Of a stretch of 64,000 nucleotides of DNA, positions 19,724 through 29,909 are shown one piece after another (the stretch's first letter is position 1; each line of letters begins with the position of its first letter). The position numbers and the translations under genes were made by a program. Origin of the DNA: a virus (lineage: Duplodnaviria; Caudoviricetes); IMG/VR virus record IMGVR_UViG_3300050505_000468, positions 1 through 64,000 of that record; one strand, 5' to 3'. Under the pieces are notes generated by a model. The model saw only the letters and a list, made by a program, of their open reading frames with translations. It had not been told where the DNA came from and ran no database searches.

Positions 19724-20731
19724 TCAGGCTCCTTTGCTTTGCGCGGGCCCGAGCAGGATCCACTCCCGGTGCGCGACAGACCACTCGACCGTTTTTCTCA
19801 GGCTCTCCTGAAAGCCCTTCGGATGCTCGTAGCCCAGCGCTTCGAGCGTGCGGCCGCTCATCGAATAGGCGCCGTCTACCCCTGGCCGCTCGCCCGGCAC
19901 GACAAGCTCGGTTACGACAGGTCGGCCGAGGATCTTTGCAATGAACTCGGTGAGCGCGAGGTTATCGACGTCCGCGCCGACGATGTTGTATTTATCGCCC
20001 GGCTTACCCTTCTCCAAGAGAAAGCGGAGCGCGGCAGCAACGTTTCGCGCATGGACGTACTGGCGGCGCGTCACCGTCCCATCGGGCGTCGTGTGGACCT
20101 GCACCGGAAAACCTTGAAGGATGTTCCTGATGCATTTCGGGATGAATTTTTCGGGGTGCTGCCGTTCGCCGTACGCGTTCGAGCAGTGCGTGGTGACGAC
20201 CGGCACGCCGTAGGTGCGAAAGAACGCGACGCCGAGCTCTTCGGCGCCGGCTTTCGAGGCGGCGTAGGGGTTCGAGCTCGCGTAGCGCGCCCATTCGGCG
20301 TACTCGACCCCGGGTTCTGAAGGCCCAAACACTTCGTCGGTAGAAAAGTTGATGAAACGCGTGATGGAGGGGCGGCTCTTTTGCGCGAACTCGAGCAAGT
20401 TACAGGTGCCGACAACGTTGTCCATCACGAAAGACATCGGGCTCACGATCGAGCGATCCACGTGCGAGCTTGCCGCGAAGTGCACGATGTCGGTGATTTC
20501 CCCGATCTCGTGCTCGACGTACGACGGGATCGCCGATTTCAGATCGTGCCAGACGAGCCGAAGGGTCCCCGCCTCGCGGTAAGCATCGAGATGAAGGAGT
20601 CGGCTCCAGGTGGCGGTACCGTCCAGTCGATCGAGTCCTACGACTTCCCAGTCGCTCGTCCGCAAAACCGACTCGACGAAATGGTGGCCGAGAAAGCCGG
20701 CGGCGCCAGTGACCAAGATGCGGCGGCTCAT
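19724..20731 (-). CDS. NDP-glucose 4,6-dehydratase (RfbB/RmlB-like)
   Basis: GAAGFLG, SHVDRSI, STDEVFG, YAASK, HPEKFIP. Confidence 0.9.
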   Translation of the reverse strand: MSRRILVTGAAGFLGHHFVESVLRTSDWEVVGLDRLDGTATWSRLLHLDAYREAGTLRLVWHDLKSAIPSYVEHEIGEITDIVHFAASSHVDRSIVSPMSFVMDNVVGTCNLLEFAQKSRPSITRFINFSTDEVFGPSEPGVEYAEWARYASSNPYAASKAGAEELGVAFFRTYGVPVVTTHCSNAYGERQHPEKFIPKCIRNILQGFPVQVHTTPDGTVTRRQYVHARNVAAALRFLLEKGKPGDKYNIVGADVDNLALTEFIAKILGRPVVTELVVPGERPGVDGAYSMSGRTLEALGYEHPKGFQESLRKTVEWSVAHREWILLGPAQSKGA

Positions 20732-21672
20732 TCGAGATCCAGCACGGCTTCGACCAGGTAATTGTCGATGCAACGGTCCAGCGTGAATTCTGGACCCAGA
20801 TCTTCGTGCATGTCCCGAGCGAGCGCGAGCCAATCCGCGGGCGGCCTTGCGTCGTGAAAATGAAACGCCGGCAGAATGCGCCAGCTCTGAAGGTGCTGGC
20901 GCGCGTCGGCAGGCCAGACATCAAGGCTCCAGGGCATGCCCGGCACGACCATGGCGGTGCCTGTCGCCACGCATTGCCACAGGCGCCAGCTGCTGAACGA
21001 TCGCACGGGTGAGTGCGGCACGTAGATCGTGGCTTCGGTATCCCGCAGCTCTTTCAAGAGGGCAGCCCCGAAGAGCCCGGTCAGGTTCGTGCACTCCCTT
21101 TCAAGCTCGGGGTATTCTTTGGCGCGAAGGCCGACCGGCGAGCCGTGGAACGCGTAGCGGCGACTGCGCGGCCGCTTCCAGTCCGGACGCCCCATCGTCT
21201 GCGGATTCCAGCCGACCGGCAGAACGTAGGCGGCCCTGTCCGTTGCGCGATTGATCTGATAAGCTATCTCCGGCGTGTGGCAAAGGACCGCGTCGTACGT
21301 CGGGGCACACTCGGTGCGGTAGCGCTCCCAGCTCTCCCGATGCTGGAGCAGCATGCGTGACGGCTTGATGTCGAGGGCTTCTGAGTACACTCCGTACACT
21401 TCCGCGTGGCGCGCATCGTCCGAGTAGCGATCTTCGTCGTTTGGCGCCGGCATGGACGTCCAGAGCACGTAGACCGTGTGTGGGTTCGTCCAGTAATCGC
21501 TCGCACGATCGACCGACAGAGCGCGGAATGCAGTCTCGCTGATGACTTCTGACCACGGGTTGCGCGATGCGTGCTCGATGTAGCCTTCCCGGATATCCGT
21601 GTACGCAGGCGCTTCAGGGATCACGTGGACGAAGTGGCGGTCGCACTTCGGGTGGTAGTAGCGCTTATCCAC
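20728..21672 (-). CDS. putative glycosyltransferase (divergent GT-B)
   Basis: Position in the glycan operon; weak CgeB-like C-terminus (FSSWRLWQCVATG). Confidence 0.5.
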   Translation of the reverse strand: MDKRYYHPKCDRHFVHVIPEAPAYTDIREGYIEHASRNPWSEVISETAFRALSVDRASDYWTNPHTVYVLWTSMPAPNDEDRYSDDARHAEVYGVYSEALDIKPSRMLLQHRESWERYRTECAPTYDAVLCHTPEIAYQINRATDRAAYVLPVGWNPQTMGRPDWKRPRSRRYAFHGSPVGLRAKEYPELERECTNLTGLFGAALLKELRDTEATIYVPHSPVRSFSSWRLWQCVATGTAMVVPGMPWSLDVWPADARQHLQSWRILPAFHFHDARPPADWLALARDMHEDLGPEFTLDRCIDNYLVEAVLDLE

Positions 21673-22141
21673 GCCGCACCATGTGGACAATGCCGGCAAT
21701 GCGCGCCTCTTCCCGAAAGCCGAGCCGCTCGTAAACCTGCCTGGCGCGGGCGTTCGACTCCAGGACTTCGAGATGAACGACAGGGCCTGATTCGGCGACC
21801 AAGTGCGCGAAAAGCGCGCGCCCTAGCCCTATGCCGCGGCATTCGGGACGCAGGCCTCCGGACACCAGGACCTTCTCGCCTTCGATGCGCACGATGCCGT
21901 AGCCCGCGTTGACGAACGAGACGACGCCGGAGGCGTCGGCTGTGTGATCTTCGAGCCGATAGAGCCAGGCGCGGAGCGTTTGATCGCGCTCCACGGTCTT
22001 CCACCAGCGCCGCTGGGCTTCGGGGCTGATCTCGTCCTGGTTTCTGGTCATGAACCCACGGCAGGAGTTTCGGATGACGCGCATCTCCTCGACTTGCCCG
22101 TCGCTTTCGACAGGCACCGGCGTAAGGTTCCACTGTTTCAT
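21665..22141 (-). CDS. GNAT N-acetyltransferase (PseH-like)
   Basis: RGIGLG, LEVLESNARARQVYERLGF. Confidence 0.85.
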   Translation of the reverse strand: MKQWNLTPVPVESDGQVEEMRVIRNSCRGFMTRNQDEISPEAQRRWWKTVERDQTLRAWLYRLEDHTADASGVVSFVNAGYGIVRIEGEKVLVSGGLRPECRGIGLGRALFAHLVAESGPVVHLEVLESNARARQVYERLGFREEARIAGIVHMVRRG

Positions 22142-23268
22142 TGCCGCTTCGACCAGCGCTTCACGGCATCTGCGATCCGCTGCACGTCTTCCAGGGTAAG
22201 CCACCAGCCAACCGGGATCGCGACCTCGCGTTCTGAAAAGTAGTCGACACCAGGCAGATCGATTCGCTTCTCGGACGCGCGGGCGAACGCTGGGTGGCGA
22301 TCGTTTCGCAAGTGCACGGGAGATGTCTCGATTCCTTCGCCGTGCATGAAGTCGATGAAGCTTCGGCGGTCCTCGACGAGCAGCGTGTAAAGCCACCACG
22401 ACGACTCGTGCGCATAGGTGATGTGCTCCGCGGAGTACGCTTGTTCGGCGGGGGTCGTGATATCGTCCACGTCGACCAGCGTGGCATCGTAGAACGCTGC
22501 GCGGGCGCGGTGCGCCTCGACTCCATCCACAGCCGCTTGATAATTGGCCAGGCCAATCGCAGCGGCGATGTCATTCATGTGGTACTTGTAGCCGGCCTCT
22601 TCGATGTCCTGCGCGCAGCGCAGCTGCTTCGATCCGCGGCGGTCGAGGCCGTACCATCGGAGGAGGCGGGCGCGGGTCTCTTGATCCTTCGGCACCTTGA
22701 TCGCGCCACCATCGCCCGTCGTCAGGTGCTTGATCGCCTGAAAGCTCCAGCACACGTAATCGCCACCTGTTTTTGCAATGCTCTCCCCCAAGTATCGGGC
22801 ACGGAAGGCATGGGCTGCGTCTTCGATTACGGGGATACCGTGCGCCTTCAAGAGCTTGTAGTCGCAGGGCAAGCCGCCCCAGTCGACGGCCATGATCGCT
22901 TTGGTCTTCGGCGTGATAAGCCCGGCGACGCTCACCGGATCGATATTGCCAGTCAGGGGGTGAATGTCCGCCCAGATGCACGTGGCCCGGCGGTTTACGA
23001 TCATCGTGTTCGTAGCGGTGCACGTTTGGGGCGTCGTGATGACTTCGTCGCCCGGGCCGACGCCGGCCAGATGGAGCGCTAGATCCAGGGCCGACGTGCA
23101 GGAGTTGATGGCGAGTATTTCTCCAGGAGCTTCGAGGCCGCGGGCGAGCACATGCTCGAACTCGAGCACACGTTCCCCCTCCGCCACGTACCCGCTTGTC
23201 AGCACCTTTTCGACTTCGACAGCGGCGGCGGCGGACATCAGCACCTTGAACAGTGGTAGGTTTTTCAT
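22138..23268 (-). CDS. DegT/DnrJ/EryC1/StrS sugar aminotransferase
   Basis: NSCTSAL, IEDAAHA, SFQAIKHLTTGDGG. Confidence 0.93.
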   Translation of the reverse strand: MKNLPLFKVLMSAAAAVEVEKVLTSGYVAEGERVLEFEHVLARGLEAPGEILAINSCTSALDLALHLAGVGPGDEVITTPQTCTATNTMIVNRRATCIWADIHPLTGNIDPVSVAGLITPKTKAIMAVDWGGLPCDYKLLKAHGIPVIEDAAHAFRARYLGESIAKTGGDYVCWSFQAIKHLTTGDGGAIKVPKDQETRARLLRWYGLDRRGSKQLRCAQDIEEAGYKYHMNDIAAAIGLANYQAAVDGVEAHRARAAFYDATLVDVDDITTPAEQAYSAEHITYAHESSWWLYTLLVEDRRSFIDFMHGEGIETSPVHLRNDRHPAFARASEKRIDLPGVDYFSEREVAIPVGWWLTLEDVQRIADAVKRWSKRQ

Positions 23269-23768
23269 AGCTTCTCCGCCACCACATCGTAGCAACCCGG
23301 GCAATCCGGGGTGAATCTCTCGCACTCGAAAAACTGTTCCAGAATGCGTATCGGCTCGGCTGACACGTGCGCGTTGAACTCCGCTACGGTCACGATCGCA
23401 AACGGCTCTGGCGGGTGCGGCGCGTTGCCTTCTGCGCCCCAGGCTAGAAAGATCAGGGCGCCCGGGCGAAGCCATTGCAGATTGTGGCTTAGCGACTCCG
23501 CCCAGGTCGGGTCGTGCTCGAACAGCGAAAAGCTGATGAGTGTGTCGAATCGGGCGCGATCGGAAAAGTCGGTTTTGTTTGCGCACGAGACCACGTCCAC
23601 CGCCGGGCCTTCGAGGATGTCCACGCCGACGTAATCGCAGTTCTGAAAACTGGATCGCACCGTGCCGCACCAGTCGGCAGAGCCGAGCTCGAGCACGCGT
23701 GCCCCGTCGAAGTGCGCCGGGTGCTTCGCGGCTAGGTATTTCAGGAAGTCACGGTTGCCGATGTGCAT
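23265..23768 (-). CDS. class I SAM-dependent methyltransferase
   Basis: VLELGS, YVGVD, FEHD, LRPGA. Confidence 0.85.
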   Translation of the reverse strand: MHIGNRDFLKYLAAKHPAHFDGARVLELGSADWCGTVRSSFQNCDYVGVDILEGPAVDVVSCANKTDFSDRARFDTLISFSLFEHDPTWAESLSHNLQWLRPGALIFLAWGAEGNAPHPPEPFAIVTVAEFNAHVSAEPIRILEQFFECERFTPDCPGCYDVVAEKL

Positions 23769-24628
23769 GGGATAACGGGGATGATCCTTCCGTCATAACC
23801 GACAATGCCTTCGCTGTAGACTGCGCCGTTGGAGATGCGTGTTTGGCGCTCTACGACTTGCAGCGGCACGACCAAACTCTGCGGGAGAAACGTGGCTGGC
23901 ACAACGCGTGGATCTTTCTCTGGGAACGACGGCTCACGTTCAAACACTCGTGTCGTATCCGCATACGAGTCCCAAAACGCCGTGGAGTAATCTAGTAGCC
24001 AATCGGTGATTTCGTAGCCTGCGTCAAGCAGCCCCCAGCACCATCGGGTTTGCCCGTAGTATCCTGCACGGTAACCGGCTTCTGGATCGTCGAGATAGAG
24101 GGGGAGGCCTTCATAACCCTGGGCAAGCGCCGCATCGACCGCGCGGCGGGGCGAGATGCCGATGAATACGGCTGCCACATCGCGGGCGCGGATCATGGTT
24201 TCGGAGTGCGGCCAGACGCCGCCCGAGTACATTCCCGTCCGTGGACGGGCGGCGAGACTTTCGGCCAAGTACCGGTCGAAGCCATCTTGGGTAAAAATGT
24301 AGTCGTCTTCCATCAGAATGAAGTCGGTCACCGCTGGCGCAGCGGAACGGATGGCCGCCGCGAAGCTTGCATAGGACAGGCCGGCGTTCGGGCGGCGGAG
24401 GATCCGGACCGGCGTCCCGCCGAGAACGGGCGGGATCTCGGCCACGTACCCATCGCCCGGTCCCCCTTCGGCAAGCACGACGCAAATGCTCGAGAGCCCA
24501 TGCTTCAGGCGGGCGAGCGAGGCGACGTGCTCGCGAATATAGTAGGTGGGGTCCGCATTGTAGCGCGCACAGTGTCTGTTTCGCGGGCCCGTCCACGCGG
24601 CCACAATGTATTCGATGCGCGCGCTCAT
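23741..24628 (-). CDS. putative GT-A glycosyltransferase
   Basis: RPNAGLSY, ILMEDDY. Confidence 0.6.
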   Translation of the reverse strand: MSARIEYIVAAWTGPRNRHCARYNADPTYYIREHVASLARLKHGLSSICVVLAEGGPGDGYVAEIPPVLGGTPVRILRRPNAGLSYASFAAAIRSAAPAVTDFILMEDDYIFTQDGFDRYLAESLAARPRTGMYSGGVWPHSETMIRARDVAAVFIGISPRRAVDAALAQGYEGLPLYLDDPEAGYRAGYYGQTRWCWGLLDAGYEITDWLLDYSTAFWDSYADTTRVFEREPSFPEKDPRVVPATFLPQSLVVPLQVVERQTRISNGAVYSEGIVGYDGRIIPVIPCTSATVTS

Positions 24629-25392
24629 TCGATGAGCTCGAGGCCGGCGTAGGGGTGATCGCCGAGAACCCGGCGCTGCTCCTCGATCAAATCTTCGGAT
24701 GTCCGAACCGGTTCTTCCCAGATCGTGTACACGCACGGATGCACGAACCGCAAGGACGAGCCGGGGCGCCATGGGAAAAACAGCGTGTCGAGATAGTTCT
24801 GGCGAAACTCCTCGTGATGACCATGCACACTCATCTTGTACTGCATCGTCCTACGCGATTGGGCGTAGCCGAAGTGGAGCACGGGCTTCGGTTGTAGATC
24901 GGCGGGGAGCGAGGCATCGAGAGTCAGCGGGTGGCGGAGATCCACGATTCGGATCGGGGTAAACTGGTCGAGGACCCGCCAGTTGAAAGAGCGCCAGAAG
25001 TTAGCGAAGTTCGCCATCCAGCGCCCTGCGCGGTTTTCGGATTTAACGCCAGAGAGCGCTCGCGCTACCACGCCTTCGCACCACACTTCGTCAGCATCGA
25101 CGACGAGGTACTGCTCGGCGCCGATGCGCTCGGCTTCGGCGTGCATCTGCATTCGATGGACGTGTTCGGCATGCGCTTCGATGCGGTGCCACACCACGGG
25201 CTTTGTCGCGAAGCGATGCGCTTCACGGAGTAGCTCTTCTTCGGTATCCGGGCAAAGAAGCTCGCTGGCCTTGCCGTAACTCGGATCCCTTGTGTAGAAA
25301 AAGTGAAGCTCGTCCACCGCATCCTGCACCGATCGTACGGACCACGCGAGATACTCCTTACCATAGTGAAGGGCCCAGCATGCGATCGTCAC
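24625..25392 (-). CDS. GT2-like glycosyltransferase
   Basis: LVVDADEVW, VLHFGY. Confidence 0.7.
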   Translation of the reverse strand: MTIACWALHYGKEYLAWSVRSVQDAVDELHFFYTRDPSYGKASELLCPDTEEELLREAHRFATKPVVWHRIEAHAEHVHRMQMHAEAERIGAEQYLVVDADEVWCEGVVARALSGVKSENRAGRWMANFANFWRSFNWRVLDQFTPIRIVDLRHPLTLDASLPADLQPKPVLHFGYAQSRRTMQYKMSVHGHHEEFRQNYLDTLFFPWRPGSSLRFVHPCVYTIWEEPVRTSEDLIEEQRRVLGDHPYAGLELIE

Positions 25393-26234
25393 GGGCTTTC
25401 TCCTAAAAGACGGCCGACGCCTTCGTCTACGCCACGCCGAAAGGTCCACTCTTGGCAAAGCAGTCGGTGTAATTCCCAGCGCAACTTCTCCGCGCGGGCA
25501 GGATCCATCAAAAGCCGCTGGATGCGCGCCGGCAATTCATCGATGGGCGCGGTTTCCAGATGCACGCCATCGGAGAGTGGGTAGGGATCGAGCACCGTCT
25601 CGCTGATAACGGGCAGGGCGTAGGCCGCCGCTACGGCGAAGCGCAGCGGTGCTGTCACCGGCGCCGGATACTGCTGGGCGTTCACTATGATGCGGGTCGC
25701 CCGAAACACTCTGTCCTTCTCCTCGAAGGTCCACGCGTTCGGCGCTTCGCGAAGGCCGCGCTTCCTGCAGGTCGCGTAGAGCGATTCCCTGCGGCCGTGC
25801 GCGTAGCTGTAGTGGCAGAAGTCGTACTCCTTCGGGCCATCCATCCCGTGCGGGCGAAACTCGGGATGCGATCCGAGAACTACGAAGCGTAGCCGGCTGT
25901 CCTTTGCCGAGGTGAGCCTATCGCTTGACCAGGCCTCGTCGAAGTAGGTTAGCACTTCGTCTAGTTGGGTTCCGAGCGGCCGCGCATCGGGGGCATCGAA
26001 ACGTTCCATGTTCCACCAGACGAGCTTTGCGCGCCGGTCTCCCGCGCGCGTGCGCGCTGATTCAATCGCCGGATACGTTTCGCCATTGATGGGAGTCGTG
26101 ATGTAAATGGCATCCCGCTCGAGATCCATTTCGTCGAGTAGGCAGGTCTCGTACCCACTCACCTCGACCAGCCGCCAAAAGTCCGCATACGAATCGTACT
26201 CGTGCCGTGTTCTGGCAAAGATCACTTCGGACAT
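25389..26234 (-). CDS. putative glycosyltransferase (CgeB-like)
   Basis: RIIVNAQ...LRFAVAAAYALPVISE. Confidence 0.6.
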   Translation of the reverse strand: MSEVIFARTRHEYDSYADFWRLVEVSGYETCLLDEMDLERDAIYITTPINGETYPAIESARTRAGDRRAKLVWWNMERFDAPDARPLGTQLDEVLTYFDEAWSSDRLTSAKDSRLRFVVLGSHPEFRPHGMDGPKEYDFCHYSYAHGRRESLYATCRKRGLREAPNAWTFEEKDRVFRATRIIVNAQQYPAPVTAPLRFAVAAAYALPVISETVLDPYPLSDGVHLETAPIDELPARIQRLLMDPARAEKLRWELHRLLCQEWTFRRGVDEGVGRLLGESP

Positions 26235-26238
26235 CGGG

Positions 26239-27222
26239 TCACTCGACGGTCGCTATCTTGACTTCCGGGATGGGTGGCGGGACCGACAAGGGATCGGGCG
26301 CGGGCAGCACGAGCGGCGCGGCGAGCAGGGACGCCTCGGTTGGCCACCGATCGTAAAACAGCGCCGAGTCGGGGTGCCGGGCGCCAGGGCGCGAGCCCTG
26401 CTCGTTCGCGCGCCGTAGCGCATCACGCGCGTTGGCATCGTGGACGCGCAGGCCGTGCGCCCCGTACACGCGAAAACCGAGCTTCCAGATCCAGCAGCCG
26501 ACTTCGGTGTCGGCGGCGTATGTCTTGTAAATCGGATTCCACCAGGCCTTCCCTTCGGGATCGCCCTGCGCGCGGGCGACGGCCATGCCCACATCGCGGC
26601 GTATTACGCCGAAATTCGAGTAAATGTGGCCGTGGATCTGCTCGAACGTGTGTGGGCCGCGGAGGTCGAACTCGAACGCGACAGCACCAATGTCCGGCGC
26701 GCCATGCATCATCATCACCGCCATCTCGAGCATGCCGGGCGTCTGGTATTCGGCATCGTCGTTGAAGTGCGCGACGTAGGGGTAGCCGAGGTCGACCGCT
26801 TGCGCGAAGCCTGCGTTGAAGGCCTTCACAGCGCCTGGCAATGGCGGGCGCTGCTCGATCAGAAGCACGTCCGGCTGGGCACGGAGCCACTGCACGCTGC
26901 CGTCGGTCGATCCGCCGTCGACCACGATCATGAGGTAGTGGTTCGTGCCAGCAGCAATGCGGACCGACTGCACCGCTTTTTCGAGATAGGATCGGCGATT
27001 GTAGGTTCCAAAGACCACGGCCACGCTCCGCTCGCGCGGGCGGCGATTGATAGGACCGATCACTTTGGGCGGAGGTGTCGGCCGGGCGTTTCTCACCATC
27101 GGCATGGACGGCGGCATGGGCCGTTCCGGCGTGTTGTTCGGCGTCGCCTGCTTTTGGTTCGGAAAGCGCACCTTGCGTTCGACGAAACGCTTCCGACCGT
27201 TGAAACCGTTGTTGTATGTCAC
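26239..27222 (-). CDS. glycosyltransferase family 2
   Basis: GTYNR, VVDGGSTDGS, HFNDD. Confidence 0.88.
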   Translation of the reverse strand: MTYNNGFNGRKRFVERKVRFPNQKQATPNNTPERPMPPSMPMVRNARPTPPPKVIGPINRRPRERSVAVVFGTYNRRSYLEKAVQSVRIAAGTNHYLMIVVDGGSTDGSVQWLRAQPDVLLIEQRPPLPGAVKAFNAGFAQAVDLGYPYVAHFNDDAEYQTPGMLEMAVMMMHGAPDIGAVAFEFDLRGPHTFEQIHGHIYSNFGVIRRDVGMAVARAQGDPEGKAWWNPIYKTYAADTEVGCWIWKLGFRVYGAHGLRVHDANARDALRRANEQGSRPGARHPDSALFYDRWPTEASLLAAPLVLPAPDPLSVPPPIPEVKIATVE

Positions 27223-27277
27223 GCGGTTTCACGGATACTACCAGTGCTGTCACGGACTGTGTTAGCTTTCAGGCAAA

Positions 27278-28276
27278 ATGCCGCGGGCGTTCATTACGGG
27301 GATCAATGGGCAGGACGGCTCGTACCTTGCTGAGCTTTTGCTCGAGAAGGGGTACGAGGTTTTCGGGATCATCCGGCGGAGCTCGACATTCAACACGAGC
27401 CGCATCGATCACATTTTCGATGATCTCCGGCTGTTTCACGCCGATTTGCTCGACCAGAGCTCGCTCGTCACTGCGCTGAAGGAAGCTCAGCCCGACGAGG
27501 TCTATAACCTCGCTGCCCAGAGCCACGTGGCGGCGAGTTTCCAGCAACCCGAGTACACGATGCAGTCCACCGGCATCGGCTTCTTGCGGCTGCTCGAAGC
27601 GATCCGTGGTTTAGGCCTCTCGCCCAAGATCTATCAGGCGTCAAGCTCCGAGCTCTTCGGCAGCAATCTAGCCCCGCAATGTGAGACCACGCGGTTCTTT
27701 CCAGAGAGCCCGTACGCGGTCGCCAAGCTCTACGCCCACGAAACCGCCCGGCTCTACCGCGAAGCGTACGGCATGTGGATCGCCTGCGGGATCCTCTTCA
27801 ATCACGAGAGCCCACGGCGTGGCGAACGGTTTGTGACCCGCAAAGTCACCCGCGCCGCGGCGCGCATCAAGCTAGGACTTCAGGACAAGCTTTCGCTGGG
27901 CGCGCTCTGGCCCCAAAGGGATTGGGGCTACGCGCCCGACTTTGTGGACGGCATGTGGCGGATCTTGCAGCTCGACAAACCCGTCGATCTCGTACTCGCC
28001 ACCGGCGTGTCCCATACGGTGGAAGAGCTATGCAGTGTCGCCTTCGGCCTTCTGAACCTCGACTATCGGGAGTTCGTAGTGCACGATCCGAAGTACGACC
28101 GGCCGCGCGAAGTCCCGCATCTCTGCGGCGAAGCGTCGCGTGCCAAGGAGCTCATTGGCTGGGCTCCCGAGCTCGGGTTCACCGATCTCGTCCACACACT
28201 GTTGCAGCACGACTTCGCCCTGGCCGAACGCGAGCTCATGACCGGAATTCCCACCACGGAGCGCACCCTTGTCTAG
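27278..28276 (+). CDS. gmd: GDP-mannose 4,6-dehydratase
   Basis: [36 protein letters not shown]. Confidence 0.96.
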   Translation: MPRAFITGINGQDGSYLAELLLEKGYEVFGIIRRSSTFNTSRIDHIFDDLRLFHADLLDQSSLVTALKEAQPDEVYNLAAQSHVAASFQQPEYTMQSTGIGFLRLLEAIRGLGLSPKIYQASSSELFGSNLAPQCETTRFFPESPYAVAKLYAHETARLYREAYGMWIACGILFNHESPRRGERFVTRKVTRAAARIKLGLQDKLSLGALWPQRDWGYAPDFVDGMWRILQLDKPVDLVLATGVSHTVEELCSVAFGLLNLDYREFVVHDPKYDRPREVPHLCGEASRAKELIGWAPELGFTDLVHTLLQHDFALAERELMTGIPTTERTLV

Positions 28277-29225
28277 CCCCACCTTCTGGAAAGATAAACG
28301 TGTCCTGGTCACCGGTGGCCATGGCTTTCTGGGGCGGCATCTTTTGACCGCGCTCGGCCTGCTCGGTGCCGATGTGCACGCGCCCCCGAAGGAAAAGCTT
28401 GATCTCCTACAGGAACCTGCACTCGCACGCGTGCTTGGCACGAACGTCTATGACCTTGTAATTCACCTTGCTGCGGTGATCGGCGGCATCGGCAGAAATG
28501 CGATCGATCCGGGGCGCATCTTCCGCGACAACATGCTGATGGGCATGAACGTGATCCACTGCGCGCACCTCTACGGCGTACCCAAAGTCGTTTGCCTTGG
28601 GAGCATCTGCGCGTATCCGAAGTTTTGCGACATCCCGTTTCAGGAATGCGATCTGTGGAATGGCTATCCGGAAGAAACGAACGCGCCCTACGGCTTCGCC
28701 AAAAAGATGCTCACGGTGATGAGCGACGCTTACCGAAAGCAGTACGGCCTGAACTCGATCGTCATCTACCCCTCGAACCTGTACGGACCCTACGATCACT
28801 TCGACCTCGAAACCTGCCACGTGATCCCGGCCATGATCCGGAAGTTCACCGAGGCCCGTAATGCACGCGCCGCTTCGGTCACGCTGTGGGGCGATGGCAG
28901 CGCCACGCGCGAGTTTCTGTACGCCCCCGATTGCGTCGAAGGGATCCTCTTGGCGGCTGAGCACTACGATTCGTCCGAGCCCCTGAACCTCGGCACGGGC
29001 GCCGAGATCTCGATAGCCGAGCTCGCCGAGCTCATCCGGCGAATGACCGGCTACGAGGGGAGCGTCGTGTACGACACAACGCGTCCGAACGGCCAGCCGC
29101 GCCGGCGCGTCGATGCAACGCGGGCGCAGAGGCTCATCGGCTTTTCGCCGGCGACTTCACTCGCCGATGGGCTCAGCCGCACCGTCGATTGGTACTTGAG
29201 CTCGGTCGAACGGTCGCGGCTGTAA
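28269..29225 (+). CDS. fcl: GDP-L-fucose synthase
   Basis: [38 protein letters not shown]. Confidence 0.94.
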   Translation: MSSPTFWKDKRVLVTGGHGFLGRHLLTALGLLGADVHAPPKEKLDLLQEPALARVLGTNVYDLVIHLAAVIGGIGRNAIDPGRIFRDNMLMGMNVIHCAHLYGVPKVVCLGSICAYPKFCDIPFQECDLWNGYPEETNAPYGFAKKMLTVMSDAYRKQYGLNSIVIYPSNLYGPYDHFDLETCHVIPAMIRKFTEARNARAASVTLWGDGSATREFLYAPDCVEGILLAAEHYDSSEPLNLGTGAEISIAELAELIRRMTGYEGSVVYDTTRPNGQPRRRVDATRAQRLIGFSPATSLADGLSRTVDWYLSSVERSRL

Positions 29226-29241
29226 AGATCGTCATCGTCCG

Positions 29242-29909
29242 GTCCCGAGCTACGCGCGCCCGGGATGCTCTTCACCGCGGTATCTCCGCCAGAATAGGTC
29301 CCGAGCTCATCGCGCCCGGGATGCTCTCTTCCTCGTTAAGCCCCAGTCCCGGAACTCTTCGCGCCCGGGATGCTCTTTCGCTGCGGAATGTAGGCATAGT
29401 CCCGGAGCTCATCGCGCCCGGGATGCTTTTTAGCGGAGTCTCAGTTTGGTCCCGATCTTTGTTTCGCGATCAGGATGCTCTTCGTTGATCGACGTCGTCT
29501 TCCCGGCCTGTGCGCAGCCGGAGTGCTCTCTTCTTTTGCTAGCCTCTGCGCGAGCGCCGTCCCGGAGTGTTCGTGCTCCGGAATACTTTACGCTTCTCCT
29601 AGGTAGCCCCGGCGTACTCGCCGCCGGGATGCTCTTACCGAACCAAAGCAATCGAGCGGTCCCCGCCTACTCGTGGCCGGGATACTCTTGCACGTCAAAC
29701 TTTCGGGCCGTCCCGAGCTCATCGCGCCCGGGATGCTCTTCACAACGGCGGCGCCGCATCTCGGAGCGCCGGGTCCCGAGCTCATCGCGCTCGGAGTGCT
29801 CTTCCGGAAGTTAACTTCAGAGATGTCCCTGGCTATGCGCGCCAGGGATGCTCTCATCCGCGAGATCGCGAAGGTCCCGGCCCTACTCGTGGCCAGGATA
29901 CTCTTCCAA
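29242..29909 (-). CRISPR. atypical CRISPR-like array: 13 divergent repeats, ~11-27 nt spacers
   Basis: Repeat left edges at 29242, 29298, 29346, 29399, 29449, ~29500, 29559, 29606, 29659, 29710, 29773, 29825, 29874; GTCCC...GGGATGCTCT core shared with the canonical arrays. Confidence 0.85.

Noticed and set aside
29282-29292. Possible self-target: 11-nt match of a short spacer to 47245-47255
   Set aside because: Too short for a GC-rich 64 kb window and does not include the repeat-proximal bases; no convincing self-targeting was found by eye
29242-29909. TIGR-type dual-spacer array or REP/BIME cluster
   Set aside because: The units derive from the neighbouring CRISPR repeat, with one hairpin and one spacer per unit and a CRISPR leader; no Nop-domain or RAYT gene was seen
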